Program-made: the position numbers and the translations under genes
The notes under the pieces: generated by a model
Told to the model about the DNA's origin: nothing
The model's database searches: none
Seen by the model: the letters and a program-made list of their open reading frames with translations, nothing else
In this document: piece by piece, positions 50,693 through 64,000 of the stretch
Numbering within the stretch: position 1 is the stretch's first letter
How the letters are laid out: the number at the start of each line of letters is the position of its first letter
NCBI GenBank assembly: GCA_038496445.1
Contig: JALMLS010000487.1
Span: 62,001-126,000, forward strand
DNA: 64,000 nucleotides
Direction of reading: 5' to 3'
Source: Trichosphaerium sp. ATCC 40318
Lineage: Eukaryota > Protista > Tubulinea

Positions 50693-51211
50693 ATGTACAT
50701 TAAATCTTGGTGTGACTTTATACTATCACAATTGTTTATTACTGTTGCTGTCACGTGGTTAATGCCTGGACACCCATTAACAATAGAGTCAATGGAAGTT
50801 GAAGACAAGAACTATGAATCTTGGCATAGTACTGTTTGTGAACATAGTTTTGCCATAGCTCATATTAACTTGATGTCAGAATGTAGTTTTAAAATTCCAG
50901 ATGCCATTATGAGGTTAGTCAACGCTCTAACAAGTCGTCAGTTTGCATTCTTTGGTCGAATTTGGGAAGACGAGGAAGGAGCTTCTCGTGGATATACAAG
51001 TGATAATTTCTCACAGTTTGATATCATAGTGGCTTCTATTAAGATGGGACTTCCTAGAGAAGGTATCAAATCTGTATTGATTAACTGGGGTCCTGCAGAT
51101 GATCACCCACAATGTACATATTGCAGTATGTTTAAGATACATGTAAAAAAACGCAAGAGAGTAGCCTGGGCGTGTAAAGGAAATGGTTTTTATAGCCTAG
51201 AATGGCATTAA
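50693..51211 (+). CDS. Hypothetical intronless ORF (172 aa)
   Basis: Long open frame for this AT content, starting just past the end of the ANK-ART duplicated block; no recognised motif. Confidence 0.3.
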   Translation: MYIKSWCDFILSQLFITVAVTWLMPGHPLTIESMEVEDKNYESWHSTVCEHSFAIAHINLMSECSFKIPDAIMRLVNALTSRQFAFFGRIWEDEEGASRGYTSDNFSQFDIIVASIKMGLPREGIKSVLINWGPADDHPQCTYCSMFKIHVKKRKRVAWACKGNGFYSLEWH

Positions 51212-51433
51212 CAAATGCATGAGTATTGATGAAACAAAATGGATCATCATTAATCTCTTTTATTGATAATCCAGGTCGTACGACATTCCGTTCTATTGCC
51301 CCTCTTTTTACAAAGAGGACTTTTGGTTTCAGTTTAAACGAGCTGAGTTGTAGGTTTACAAATGTTGTTTTTTTGACTTTTTATGCCAACTTCCGGGTAA
51401 AACTGAAAAATTGCTTCACTTCTATACACCAAT

Positions 51434-52883
51434 TCACATGTTTTTATTAGTACCGAACATAGGCGACAAGCAAGTTGGGTTTGTTTCCGCTTTGAAGAAT
51501 TTAAATTTCAATTTAGAGCTAGAGGCTTTCTTTGTAAAGTGTTCAAGAGGCAACAAGTTACTAATGAAAAAAAACATTTCAAAAAATGACAAGACTATTT
51601 TATTAGGATGAAAAACTTAGCTTTCAACACTTCGATAAAATATAAAAATGGAAGCTATCGTATGTGCTGCTGTGTATCCACCACATACCCAGAATATATA
51701 CTGTCCAAAACCTGCATAGAAACCGGAAAAGCCCTAAAGAACAAGCGATTAGCCAAAAATTAAATGAATGAAACAAACTGATATTGTTCTTAAAAACATC
51801 CAACTTCAACAAGTTGGTCGTGATGTATGTATGTACCTTCGCGTTGTAGATATCCAATGTAGTACCAACAATATTCTTACATGTATCTGAAGCCATTTGA
51901 TTGTGCATGATAAGAAAAATAGGATACTGAACAAATGCAGAAAGAAAATAACATCCGACTTCCAATATGTATGGTGTCAAGTGGTATGTCAAGGCATCCT
52001 TGGTAATAGCACCTCCAAGACGAGCCATCCATCCCTATTAAATAATATGAGTCAAACAGGTACCTTGATATGTATCTATGGACTGTACGTTAAACCAAGA
52101 TGATACAGGAACAGTAACAAAGACATCAAACATGCTCTTGAATTTAGCTGAGTGAACATCCAACATAAGCCTATAGAACAATATGATTAGTCTCTAGTCC
52201 TTCTCATAATGCTTAAGTATATATATACCAACACGTGCCTATTAGCCATGAGGTTCAAAGGGTGAACCAAAACGCCAAAAGAATAGTGGAATACGGCGTC
52301 TTTTTTCGAAAAACAATTAGCGAGAACTCGTGTCAAACAGCTTAAATTACTCTACCTAGCGTTTTTCTTGTTGCCTCAGAGTATGTTTTACCGTATGTAC
52401 TCATAGCAAGCTTATCATAGCCTCTCCTAAAGAAAGGATACAATTGTCTTGTCAAAAACTACAGTAGGTCGTTAGAATAATAACGTGAGTAAAGAAATCG
52501 CGTGTTACGTTGTTTTTAAGCAAAATTGTAGCTTCACAAAAGAAATCGTATTTTATAACAAACGAGCGTAACGTACCACATACAACGCGCTTGCGCTAAA
52601 CTCTAACATCCAACCTCTGTACAGTGGCATTAAACCATGTTTTGCGTAAATGGACCCAATAGCATCCCAAATGCCTTGTCAGTGGCGTTAGTACACAGAA
52701 CGATCTATTAGAAACAAATAGGTGCCTAATGCCGATGGTACCTGTGTAGGTGCCCGGATATATCTGCAAATGTAACGTAGCAACCTCTAGAGGCTGAAAG
52801 AGCACTTCAATAAATAAATCGTATGCGCCCTTCCATGTAAGTTCATAAAACGACACCGCATATGTACTTTCCTCCTCTCCCAT
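51434..52883 (-). CDS. Divergent mitochondrial carrier family (SLC25/MTCH-like) protein
   Basis: Three carrier-like repeats: QPLEVA...GLMPLYRG, HPLNLM, YPIFLI...GFSGFYAG. Confidence 0.65.
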
Positions 52884-53380
52884 TGTACTACAACGCAACG
52901 AATGACAATCAAGCTCCAAACGATAATAAAACTGTCAAAAGAAGTCTTGTATTATTTTTGGGATCTGCGATCACGGTATCACGTTATACACGCTTGGCGC
53001 CCTTTAAAAAATTCTCGCTGTGCGCCACGATAAGCACTCTAACAATAATATTGACAAGAGCACTATTTTTCATTTAACTAATACGTATGACTTGCTTCTC
53101 TACTAGCACAGTTTTTGTGGTTGTACAACGTTTTTTTTCTGTTTTCGCAAAACAACCATATTTTCTCTTCGTTCCCTCACAACATGCTTACTCAATACTA
53201 CCCTCGTAGAGGGGAATACTACAAAAATAAAACAAGAAAGTTCATCTTGGTTTTTTTTTTTTGTTTTTTGTGATAAATCACGTGCGGGTTTTTTTTTGTA
53301 ACGTTAAACGAAATGTAGCGTCGACTTCTGTTTTTTTTTTCTTTTTTTCTTTTTGGTTATTTATTTTCTTTTAGGAAATA

Positions 53381-54133
53381 ATGTTTAAAACAGCTACGCC
53401 TTCTCCTGATAAACCACGAAGACCGCGACTATTATCAAGCGCTACACGACGTCCTAAGCCTCCTTCACGAAAACCGCCAAGACCGCCACCAGGCCGATTA
53501 CCTCCACCAACACCTCAAGGAAACCGCGTCTCTAGTAAGGCGAGTAATGGTTCGTACGAAAAGAAATCACAAAAAAAAAAAGAAAAACTCTACTTTGTCA
53601 CAAAAAATAACTAACGAGATAAAAATAACACAGGATGCTTGGATAACTCACCAGTAAGAAAAAAATACCCTTTCATACTAGATCTACCATTAGAACTACA
53701 ACATATACTACTAGACGTAGACTATGAAGTATATAAAGTTTGGCCTCTTCTATGTAAACAAACAGCTACAACAAGCAGATTCAATGATTCTTTCGAAAAA
53801 AATGGAATGTTCTTAGCAGCTTATTCCTACTCTAAGCCTTACCGTCAAGCTTCTTTTAAAAATGGTATACACCACGGTTTATGTAAATCATGGCATGATA
53901 ATGGACAACTCGCTATACAATTCTCTTATACAAACGGTAAATTTGAAGGAGAGTACAAACAGTGGTACGAAACGGGACAACTTGAAGTGTTGGGAACATC
54001 AAAATACGGAAAGTGGCAAGGAGAGTTTCAAGAGTGGTTAAACACAGGTGTATTGAAAAAACATTGCCAGTACAAGAGTGGTGATATTGAAAGGTGGTTT
54101 GTAAAAGGAGGATATAAATTTCCAATGAAGTGA
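53381..54133 (+). CDS. F-box-like + MORN-variant repeat protein with Pro/Arg-rich N-terminus
   Basis: ILDLPLELQHILL (F-box-like) followed by G..HG....WHDNGQL / GEYKQWYETGQL repeats; one intron. Confidence 0.7.
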
Positions 54134-54336
54134 TGATACACCATTCACTCACTGCGAAAAAAAAAGAATGTACATAATAGTAAAAAAAAAAAGAGTTACT
54201 TTGTTTTTTGTGACTTGTTGGTTTTGTTCTAAAAAAATTGCACGTGATAAGTGATGATATGTTGCATTTAAAAGTTTATGGTTCGGTTTAATGATTTGAC
54301 ATTTATACAGGTTATTACAGACATAATTCTTGCTTC

Positions 54337-55626
54337 TTACTGCCCACCTACAAAAAATTAAAACACGCATTTGATTTTCGTGTGAAAACTCTTGTATTTG
54401 CTTACCCAAGCGATTTCCACCACCCCAGTTGTATCCAGGGGTACGTGGACCTCCTTGAGGTCCTGGATGTTGACCACCGATAGGTTCGTTGAACCATTTC
54501 TTGCTAAAAAATGACATTAGTTCCGTGTATTAAAAATAGCTTAAAAATAGCGTTTCTTGATGCCCTTTGTAATCAACACGTACATAAAGTTTGGTGTAAC
54601 TAGTATTGGAGGTCTTCCTTGCGTAGCTGGTATAACATCCTAAGAAGTTTGTCACAATAAGTTTCATTCACAGAACAAGATGACTCGACAACAAAAGAAT
54701 TTCAAAAAAAATTCTCTAACCTGCATGTAGTAGTATAAGTGTCCTGTAAGTACGCCAAGTAATTCTGCAATAGGCAGAGAACCGCTCATGAGCAAACGCA
54801 TACCCATCAATACCTGTAGACAAGTCAGACGTTAGGAAACAACAAAATTTAGTAAAAATTAAAGACAAGCGTCAACAGCGCTCTAGCACCATGCTAAATA
54901 ATGCCAGATGGTTGTACTCATGTCACAACGCGTCATAAGATTGTAGAAACTAAAGCGCTTCCAGATGACATGTTACGTACCCAAGGGAAGTATGCTGAAG
55001 GGAAACGAAGACCAAACATAAGAGTCATGGTGATGTTAGGATTTCTTCTTGCCCAGTAGTATAGGAGTGACATTATTAATGCCATGCCCATGACTGGTAT
55101 GTTTAAGAAGTATGCTGGGACCTAACGGCGTTAAGTTTATTTTTGATTTTCATAAAAGAAAAAAAAATAACAGATAGGGTCCAACTGTACGTCTTTGAGT
55201 ACGTACCATGAGTGTCACTGCGGAGAAGAGTACGAAAAAAAAAAAGTCGCCTGTTCGGCCCAAGAATTCATTTGTTTCTAAAGATTGGCCGTAACGCATT
55301 CTATAAAGTCAAGGGCTAAAGTAGTGACGAAACAAAATGAAATGACGTGGAGGATACAAAAACATCATGTTAATCAAGAAAGGCAGCCCAAGCCTGCCAT
55401 GGAAGCAGAAACCAGTAATAATACGCCATATCTACCAGAATATAAGATTTTAAAGGTGTTTTGAACGACGTACTTCAAGTTTAAACAAAATAGCGTTAAA
55501 ATTGAGCGTTAGTATGTATGGACTTATTAAGCCAAAATTAGGTGCAATAGTGAGCGCCATAGAAAGGCTGAAGAGATATTTTGTAACAATAGGTATGCCA
55601 TTCCACCAGTTTTGTAAATCAGACAT
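54337..55626 (-). CDS. DERL1: Derlin (DER1-like, ERAD)
   Basis: WWNGIPIVTKY, EIWRIIT, YYWARRNP, FPSAYFPW, GHLYYY and the C-terminal WGGGNRLG (SHP box). Confidence 0.92.
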
Positions 55627-55770
55627 GATGACGTAATTGACAAATCAAACGTGGCGGTAAGCGATGTGGCAATGGAGTTTTAACGAAAATAACGAACGAT
55701 CTTGACTTTTTGGCTGCATTTCGTTATTTTTTGAATTTTGGCGTTGTTCTTTGGCGCGTTGGTTGAGTGT

Positions 55771-58700
55771 ATGGCTACAGCGTCTGATAATGCTCCTGGT
55801 GATCCAGAAATTGAATTGAACACTACAAAGACTTTAGTGCTTACATTAGGTTCTTATACGCTCAAGTATGGGTTTGCAGGTATGTATAGCAATAAAAGTA
55901 TGAAATAATTATTTAAAAGGGAGCGAATCGCCGGAATCAATGCCAAATGTAATTGCTTGGTATCACAAAGGTGAAAAACCGCGTATTATTACATCACCAG
56001 TACCAAAGAACCTTCCCACAATGATTGTGCCCAAAGAACCTTCAGAAGAAGAATCAGAGGCTGGAGACGCACCACAATCATCGTAAGCATCTCATCAAGT
56101 GTAAAGCGCTCACATTAAGATTAGGACGGAAGAAATCTCCTGTGTGACTATCCTCGAAGATCGGCTAGATAAAGAACGCTCCGACGCGATGCCACAGTCA
56201 CCAAAGGTTCGTGTGGCTCATGTATTGAGTAATTAACGTTATTTTAAAGGTGACAATGTACAACGAAAAAAACTGCTACTCAGAAGTTGACGAAGGTGAA
56301 GCTTTGTTTCCTGATGTTGGTCCAGAATTTAAATATTATATCGGTGAAGAGGTACTTTATGAGAAACTTCTCACGTGATAATCACGTGTTTCTTTATCAC
56401 TGTTCTAATTTGGTGAAAATTCAAGTTTTTTAAAATTCAACTGTTGAAGTGTTTACTAACTGTTTATTTTTAACCATAGGCACTTGCTCTTGATGATGAT
56501 GATCCATACAGCTTATTCTTTCCAATAAGATATGGCTATATAAACCAGTAAGTCAAAAAGTTTCTTCAAATTTAAATCGCTGATTCGTTTTCCCTCTGTG
56601 AAGAGAACGTGGATCTACTTTTGCTATGAGTAACCTTAAGCTTCTTATTGAGTATGTTATCGAAAAGAAACTCCAAATGACTGAAGAGGATGTCGCTGTA
56701 AGCAGTTTTTTTTGTTTGAAAAATATGATGTTGTTTCTTATCTATTTTTGCTAGGGTTGCCGTGTAGCGTTAACACTACCAGATAGAGTAGACTTAAATG
56801 ATACTGTTGCATTTGTTCGTCTATTCTTGGAGGAATTAGGGTTTGTTTCAATTCTTGTTCATAAAGTACGACATATCTAAGGTGTTTGCGATTTATTCTT
56901 AGTTCCTTTGTAGGAATCAGTTTGTGCTGCGGTAGGAGCTACAAAAAGATTTGCTTGTATTATTGATGTTGGTTTTCTTAAGACTACAGTCACATGTGTT
57001 GATGATGGTATGTGTCACAAAATAACTATGAGCGATCTTTTAGAAGACTTTGTTCGCATTGTCAACAAAATTTGTATTTGTTCTTTGGCTCGTGTACCTT
57101 TGCTTACCCAGTTGTGTTTAGGTACTATAATTCCTGGTACATGTTATTGCTTTCCATACGGAGGATATCACATAAGCCGACTGCTTTATCAGCTCTTACT
57201 CAGTAGAAAAAATGAATTCTACTTTCCATACCAAGTAAGCCTCCCTTTTTTGAGTTTCTCGTTGTTTAATAGACTTAACGAACGCCCTAGCAATGTGACT
57301 TTAATACTCCACAAGATTTTCGTATCATAGAAGAACTAAAGGAAAATGCTTGTGTCTATCAGGTATGTCTTAATCTGTTTGAACTCAACAGATTGTAATG
57401 ATGCAATCATGTTGAGTTTTTTCTTCTCTTTAACTAACTGTTATTCTTCTTCTAAAGAATGAAAGAGATACAATAGTGTATGAGATATTAGTACGTAAAA
57501 GAGGAAAAAAGACTGGGTGTTATAAGTTCAATGTTAGTGATGTTGTAGCTGTACGCTTGCTTCAAACAATTAAATGTCAAAAAACCTAACATACTTATCG
57601 AACTTGTTAGCTTGCTCCTTTATCTTTGTTCTATCCAAAGTCTCTTGGAGATGTCGCTTTTCCAAATCGTCGAACACACTGTTCTGATGTACTACATACA
57701 CCTGTGGTATGTTGTGACATTACTGGATTATCTTTCGTTTCTAAAAAGCTAACTTAAAATAGGTTGATGCTTCAGAAGGTATTGCAGCTGATAAGCGAGG
57801 AAAAAAGAGGAAAACTGCACCTGAGAGTGCTGCTTTACAAGAAAAGAAGAGATTACGCGCAGCGTAAGTCAAACACATTTGGCTGTCTTTGGCTTGGTTA
57901 ACCACGTGAAAATAGAGAAAATATCAAGAACATCACGAGTTTAAAGTTGTTCATGAGACCTTGGTATATTGATCGTTTAAGGCCAGTACCTTTAGAACAG
58001 GTGTGTATTATGACTTCATTTGTTTACAGTTTCTTACTAAATTGATTGGAATAGGCTATCATTGAAGCGATTGAAGTGATGAAAGCGAGAATTCCTAAGA
58101 AAAAAATATACAGTTCTATAATTCTGACAGGTATGCTTGTTCTCCCTTGTGGTTTGTTTTTGGTTGATTTGCTTATTATGGCATCAATAGGAGGGACCTC
58201 AAAGATGCGATCATTTAGGAGTTATCTTCAGAGTAGACTTCTAGAGGCTGCACCTCACAAGCAAGTCCAAATCGACATGTTGGAAAAACCAGCAAATATG
58301 CATGATGTTGGTTGGTTCGGTATGTATTTTAGTACTAATTTTACTTGACGCGTCATAGCTAATTATATTTTATAGGTCTTAGTTCTATGACATTTCATGC
58401 AAAAGATGAGATATGGATAGAGAGAGAGAAGTGGAATTCTGAACCAACAAAAAGGTAAAAAGTTTTATCAGTTCAGTTGTATCTTTTCCCGTTTTCTAAA
58501 AATATGCCCATACAATAACACTGCAGCTAACTTGTGTAATTTTATTCATAAAAATAGCGTTTAAGTAATACAATTTGATTACATTTTGCTTATTGTGCTG
58601 CTTTCTAAGGGCGCCAGACTGTTTTTTTACTAAATATTGTTGTAGATCAAGTTATATCCGTGATCACGTACCTTTTGATTGGTTAAACCCTGATAATATA

Positions 58701-58802
58701 AAACTATATAGTCCTACAGAGCTGTTACGTGATATAATATACTATCGTCCAAACGCAAGAGACGGTAAAAAAGGAAAGAGTAGGAGTAGAAAAAAAACTT
58801 AA
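55771..58802 (+). CDS. ARP8: Actin-related protein 8 (INO80 complex)
   Basis: Actin-fold motifs LGSYTLKYGFA, IGEEAL..LFFPIRYG, CIIDVG..TCVDDG, YGG..LL..FPY and KIYSSIILTGG with ARP8-type insertions. Confidence 0.8.
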
Positions 58803-59451
58803 AAAAAAACAAATAAAAGCGTGTCGTTTTTTCAAGCGTATCTTGTGGATTTGCACGTACATCACGAACCCTTTTGGCCCTTGTATAACTCCAATACATA
58901 ATACAAACGAAAGCAACGTTACAAAGCACGTTTTGTGTGTATCACGTGTTTTTCGTAATAATTTGGGTGTGCACGTGCGAACCGTCGTGAGTACTGCCTC
59001 CTTGCCACACCAATAAACTTGTTGGCACCATTGTTGGGCTTAACACTGTTCTACACTGGTACAATGCCTCAATACAATCTCGTAAAAAGTTTTCACTAGC
59101 GTGAACAGTTTTCTGACACTGTTAGCAGTAGGCGCCTGGATGGAGTACCCAATTAATACGGACGATACAAACAGCCTAGCCATCACGTGAAGTAACGTTT
59201 TTGTCAGTTTCAGCCATCAATGTGCACCTAAAGCGGATAATTTGAAACGCCGCACTCTCTTCTAAGCAGAAGAATCAGTTGCCACGAAGAAAGCGAAGCC
59301 TGTGGTAATCGCTAGCACTCCTTAAGTTTGCCCGCTGTTTGTTGTGATTGACTTGCGTACTAGCGCTTGCGAAGGCACACTAGCGTATGAGAAAGTTACT
59401 AGCGAATCATTCTACTCAAGTTTGCAAACACTAAACAATACAAGCGGAAAA

Positions 59452-60461
59452 ATGGTACGAAGCAAAATTCCGCTGTTCTATCTCTTTATCTCACAGTATA
59501 CCCAGAACTGGATTGTTTTATCGGTTTGTGTGGCACTCTTCCTTACGCAAGTTACAGCGCTAGACAAAAACAAAACGCCTGGAAGGAACTTCGACCTCAG
59601 CAACTGGAAGATAACACTTCCTGATTCATCAGCAAGCGAAAGATCACCTTCTCAAGTACGTAACTATTTTCTCGACATGTCACCGTAACATTGCCTCTAG
59701 CTACGCTCGTATACCTCCAAGTACTTTTACACAGGAGGAGACGGATCGATGACGTTCTATTGTCCTGCAAATGGTGGTACAACGAGCGGTTCAAGGTATC
59801 CAAGATCTGAGTTACGTCAACTCTGCAACCCTTCAAACGATAATCACGTGCGTGTATTTCATAACCAAGATAACTGTGTGTACTCATATTTTGTTTGTAG
59901 AACTGGAAAGTAGCCGGAAGGCACATAATGAAAGCAAGACTCAAAGTTGATAGAGCTAAAACAAACGCCAACAAAGTTGTCGTACTTCAAATTCACGCCT
60001 TCGAAGCACCACCTCTTATCAAAATTCAATGGGAATCTAACGGGAATATCTACGCTTTGTACAAGAAAAACAGACAAGGTGACGATGCTCCAAAGGTATG
60101 TATACGCTACCACTGACTAAAACCTTTCGACTACTACTTTTCAATAGCAACTTTTTGTACTAAGTCATTCAAGGTAAACCTTGGCCGTGTAGGATATAGT
60201 AAGTTTAGATTTGAGATACGTGTAAGTAGCCCTGTTTTTAGTTTGTAAAGATTGTATCTTAATCTTCGGTAGGTTATCAATGGACGTCTTCAAGTTTTCC
60301 TTAATGGTGCAAGAAAACTGAATGTTAATGTTGCTGGATATTGGGGAAGCTATACAAATTACTTTAAGGCAGGTAACTACTTGCAATCTAATTCTGGCGG
60401 ACAGTTCTCGACTGTGCGCTTCTATGAATTATCAATCACCAGATCTGGATCTTGTTCTTAA
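59452..60461 (+). CDS. Polysaccharide lyase family 7 (alginate lyase), copy 2
   Basis: RSELR, QIH and YFKAGNYLQ; same intron positions as copy 1. Confidence 0.92.
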
Positions 60462-61084
60462 ACACTAAATAAAACCCTCTTTAAACTCTCGACAGTGACT
60501 GCTTCCATCAACTTTTTGTTAAGTACTGATCTTTCAAAATACACTGATGTATTCTCTGAAATTATAAGTACATACGCTGTTACTATACAACTAAGTACTC
60601 ATATCTCCTACGCGAGCAGAATATCAGTTTGCACAAAACTTCGTCGTTCTATTGCTTGACAAACGTTAAAACAGTTGTTGAAGCCTTATGAGTATGATTC
60701 TCTGTTTTGATATCGAAACATATAAAGTGTTTTATGATTCTTCCAATCACATTGAGTGATACAATTGCACTTAAACATACCGCAATCTTTAGAGAATAAG
60801 CATTATGCTGTGAAGCACACACAGTAATTTGGAGTCCGTGAATTTCGTTGCAGATTACCGGTAATCCATAGGATTTTACCTGAGATTTTGGACATCTGCC
60901 ACGAAACTTATGCGAAAGGAAATGTTTCTAAAGGCAGGCTTTGGACCATTTATCGATACAAAAGTGTATAAAAAACCGGTTGGAAGTATTTAAAATGGGA
61001 TAAAAGCACTTGTGGCTAGCAAAGATATCAAACAGAAATTTCAAAATTTTCATTATCCTCAACTACAACATTTAATTCTTTGTA

Positions 61085-62195
61085 ATGGCAGTTGTAGCGC
61101 ATAATGGTTATGATGCTCCTCCATCAGTTCGTTTGGATCCTCTAGCTCGAGTCTTTTTAATGGGCGTCTACGACGATGGACACCCTCTTTCCGCATTAAG
61201 AGGTATGCTAGCTGTACTACAAGCCTATTGGCGAACTTTTGATCAACACATTACAACCCTTTCGTTTTAACTCAGTTACGCACTGAACGCTTTACCAACC
61301 TTACAATCATTCACTCCCCACATCTTTAACGCTAAATAAAGGTACTGGATACATTGTGATAAAAAGAATATGGGAATACGCCCTTCAGTATAACAAGGAG
61401 TACTACAGTCAGTTTATTGATATAACAAAAGATTTGTACGATGATAGTAAGATCACTTACTTTGCACTTGTGGATAGAATACATTGCTCTCAAAAGCACT
61501 ACCCACATAATCTATCAATTGCTGGTCGTGTAAGCGAGAACTTTCCATCACCAACAGGAAGAGATGTTAATATAAATATGATGCCTATCAAAATGGATAC
61601 AACTCTTTTCAAGAAACAACTCCCTGAGCACTTGTGGCCTTTTATTTTTTTACTTGAGACTTGTTTAGATGTAGATTATTCTCAAAAAGAAGAGATATGT
61701 TACTTGACAATACAAGAGTCTTTTGTAGAGAAAGGAAAAACACAAAGAAGAAATGGTGTTCACACTGAATTTCCAGGAAAAAAAGCTGTACCTGGCTACT
61801 TTGAACCTTCATGGGGAGGTGGGTATCAGCTTAAAGATGGTATGTTCATAGCGTCTAATATTAATGATACATGCGCTGTATGGAATTGTCGTATTAACGA
61901 CAATGATGATCTTGGTGTATCAGTTATTGGACACTTAGGAGACTTGGAGCATGTTAAAAGTTCTTTGCCGAAAGAACACAAGGTTTTGTTGAAAGGAGGT
62001 GCTATGTATTGGTTAACTGATAGAACACCTCATGAATCTTTACCAATGAAAGAATCAAGCAGAAGAATTTTCTTTAGGCTAGTTTCGAGGAAGCTTGGGA
62101 TATGGTATGAAGCTCATTCTACAAAGAATCCAATTGGCATTGTACCTGATGAGAAAATTACAAGAATAATATCAGGCAACAAATTTAAGCAGTAA
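61085..62195 (+). CDS. 2OG-Fe(II) oxygenase-like (DSBH) protein
   Basis: YLTIQE..QRRNGVHTE (HxE), distal TPHESLP His and RIFFRLV Arg; one intron after LSALR. Confidence 0.65.
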
Positions 62196-62376
62196 AATAT
62201 ACGTTTATGTAAAACAACCAAAGAACCTGACACTAGATTTAATAATAAACGCGAGTCAATTATCATAGTGCGTAACGTTTTTTCACAGTTCAGTTACGAA
62301 ATGCTCTTATTTTATAGTTGTCAATAGGGTTTTTTTTGTCCTTTTTAAATGATTGAGAGTAGAAAATCCTTCACGC

Positions 62377-63270
62377 TTACGGTAGATCATTCACAAAACC
62401 ATAAAAAAGTGGTTCTTTTCCAACATAACCTCCGTATACAGTTGTATCATGTATGATGTCAACACTGACAACATTGTCTAAATAGAATCTTGCCAGTGGA
62501 CGGTCTGCTTCGAACCTTTGGTGTAAAATACAAGGCGATCACATTCCGTGAACTCGGCGATGTGTTACATAACAACTGCATATCTTGTAAGTTCCTAGTT
62601 CTTGCACGATCTTACACTTTGATACTTCTACCAAGCCTGCAAACTTGAATGACACGGACAATACAAATAAAATTAACGCTGACTTCTACTTTTTTTGACC
62701 AGTACAGCCGTTACAGCAGTACATTGTTGTTCGAAGTATAAAGGCACAAAGAGTTTAAACAGGCGATCAGCAAGAGCGAGAGAGGTTCCGGAAAAGCTCG
62801 CAAATCCCTGTAAGGTTCAAAATCCGGAAAACGTGATATTTTAGTGAGAACAAATCCGCCATCCAAATACTTGCTAAGTTTCTAGGGTGTATTTTGTGCA
62901 AGTATTTGCTAAAGTAACCTGAAAGAACTGATGGTACTCGGCCAGGCTGTTGGATATTGCTCAGTGGTTACATAGCAATACATAGCCATCTATTGATAAT
63001 TATTAAATTTCAAAACTGGTGACCATTATAAACGGCTTTCACCAACCTTTTTATGACGCTCAAGTGAGCACATACTCTTACCTATTACACTGTGATCTTC
63101 TGACCTGCGAGAGGACTATTTAAACGCGTGTTATGGCTCAATTTATGAGAGGACGTGTTGATGCACCTTAAACTTCACCAGCTGCCAATATGGATCGCGT
63201 ATGAACGTGTGAGTACACGACCTTTCTTGATGACTTGAGAGCAGTACACAAACCAACAAAACACATCATC
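62377..63270 (-). CDS. Hypothetical multi-exon gene (model uncertain)
   Basis: GT-AG-bounded open segments ending ...GYVGKEPLFYGFVNDLP*; exons not confidently joined. Confidence 0.3.
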
Positions 63271-63356
63271 AGTTTTCATCTTTTCAGAAATTTCGAACGT
63301 TTCAACTTTTTTGGGTTTTTTTTTTTCAAGCAAAGCAACCATAACCACCTTCCACT

Positions 63357-64000
63357 ATGACAACCGAGTATGCGTCAATGCATAAATTGTTTCTTAACGA
63401 AAACGATGTTAACACTCATAAAAAGGTAAAATGAAGGCTTCTTACGCGCCTTAGACATGCTAACATTACTTCCACAGGAACAAGAGGCAAATTACCCGTT
63501 GTACTCTTGTACCCTCTTGAATTTCCTGTTCCAAGGCGTCAATATCATAAAGAGCGCAAAACCACGTATTTTAGCAGCTTGTTGGGCTTCTAAACGCTAT
63601 GACTTGCCTGAGCTACTTCTAACGCGCTTTGACAGTACGTAACACAATGTTTAAAGGATTCAACGACACCTATTAATACTTCTATAAAGCACAATTCGGT
63701 TTTGTGGAGATTCTTAGGGCGTTAAAGATACTTGACACAAACCGCCAAATAAGAGTGCTTGAGAAAAGGCTGTTGCAGTTAAACAAGCAAGAGAAAGTAA
63801 AAACCAAAAAAGTAGGTGATATTAAGTCGAAAATCAACGATTTACAAAAAGAGCGCTTACCAGAAGGTACGTTTTGACGTTTTCTTCATATTTTGATAAA
63901 AATGGTAAAAAAAACCCTGAGTTGATTTGTTTACTTCGTTCGGGTATAAAAACACTATTTCTACGCGTGGAAAACAAGGTTTTGGCTTTTATAGAGCATT
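63357..64000 (+). CDS. Hypothetical protein, 5' part (runs off the window)
   Basis: Spliced exons MTTE|..FLRALDML..|..EILRALKILDTNRQIRVLEKRL..; continues past the window end. Confidence 0.6.

Overview
AT-rich, gene-dense eukaryotic (protist, amoebozoan-like by inference) genomic DNA with many short GT-AG introns (~35-100 nt). The first ~17 kb is rich in mobile DNA: a very young full-length Ty3/Gypsy LTR retrotransposon (identical 147-bp LTRs, gag-pol junction inside the protease), a short poly(A) retroposed insertion with a 14-bp TSD, a pogo/Fot1-type DDE remnant, a LINE ORF2 remnant and an 8-bp-TSD MITE. The most striking feature is a pair of divergently oriented paralogues (17.2-21.4 kb minus; 46.5-50.6 kb plus). 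Each encodes an ankyrin array followed by a PARP-like (H-Y-E) ADP-ribosyltransferase and a coiled coil. Each ankyrin repeat is its own frame-symmetric exon (mostly 99 nt) in a tandem exon+intron unit, and variation is concentrated at ligand-contact positions, making this a candidate diversifying sensor-effector (immune-like) system. Between and after these genes lie: a GT-A glycosyltransferase, a GPI-type surface protein, an apparently intact but catalytically dead AsnRS paralogue, an S10 carboxypeptidase, two PL7 alginate lyases, a subtilase, a CE15-like double hydrolase, a class C GPCR, a mitochondrial carrier, an F-box-like/MORN protein, Derlin, ARP8 and a 2OG-Fe(II) oxygenase-like gene. 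Gene models were spliced by eye, so start codons and some exon boundaries are approximate.
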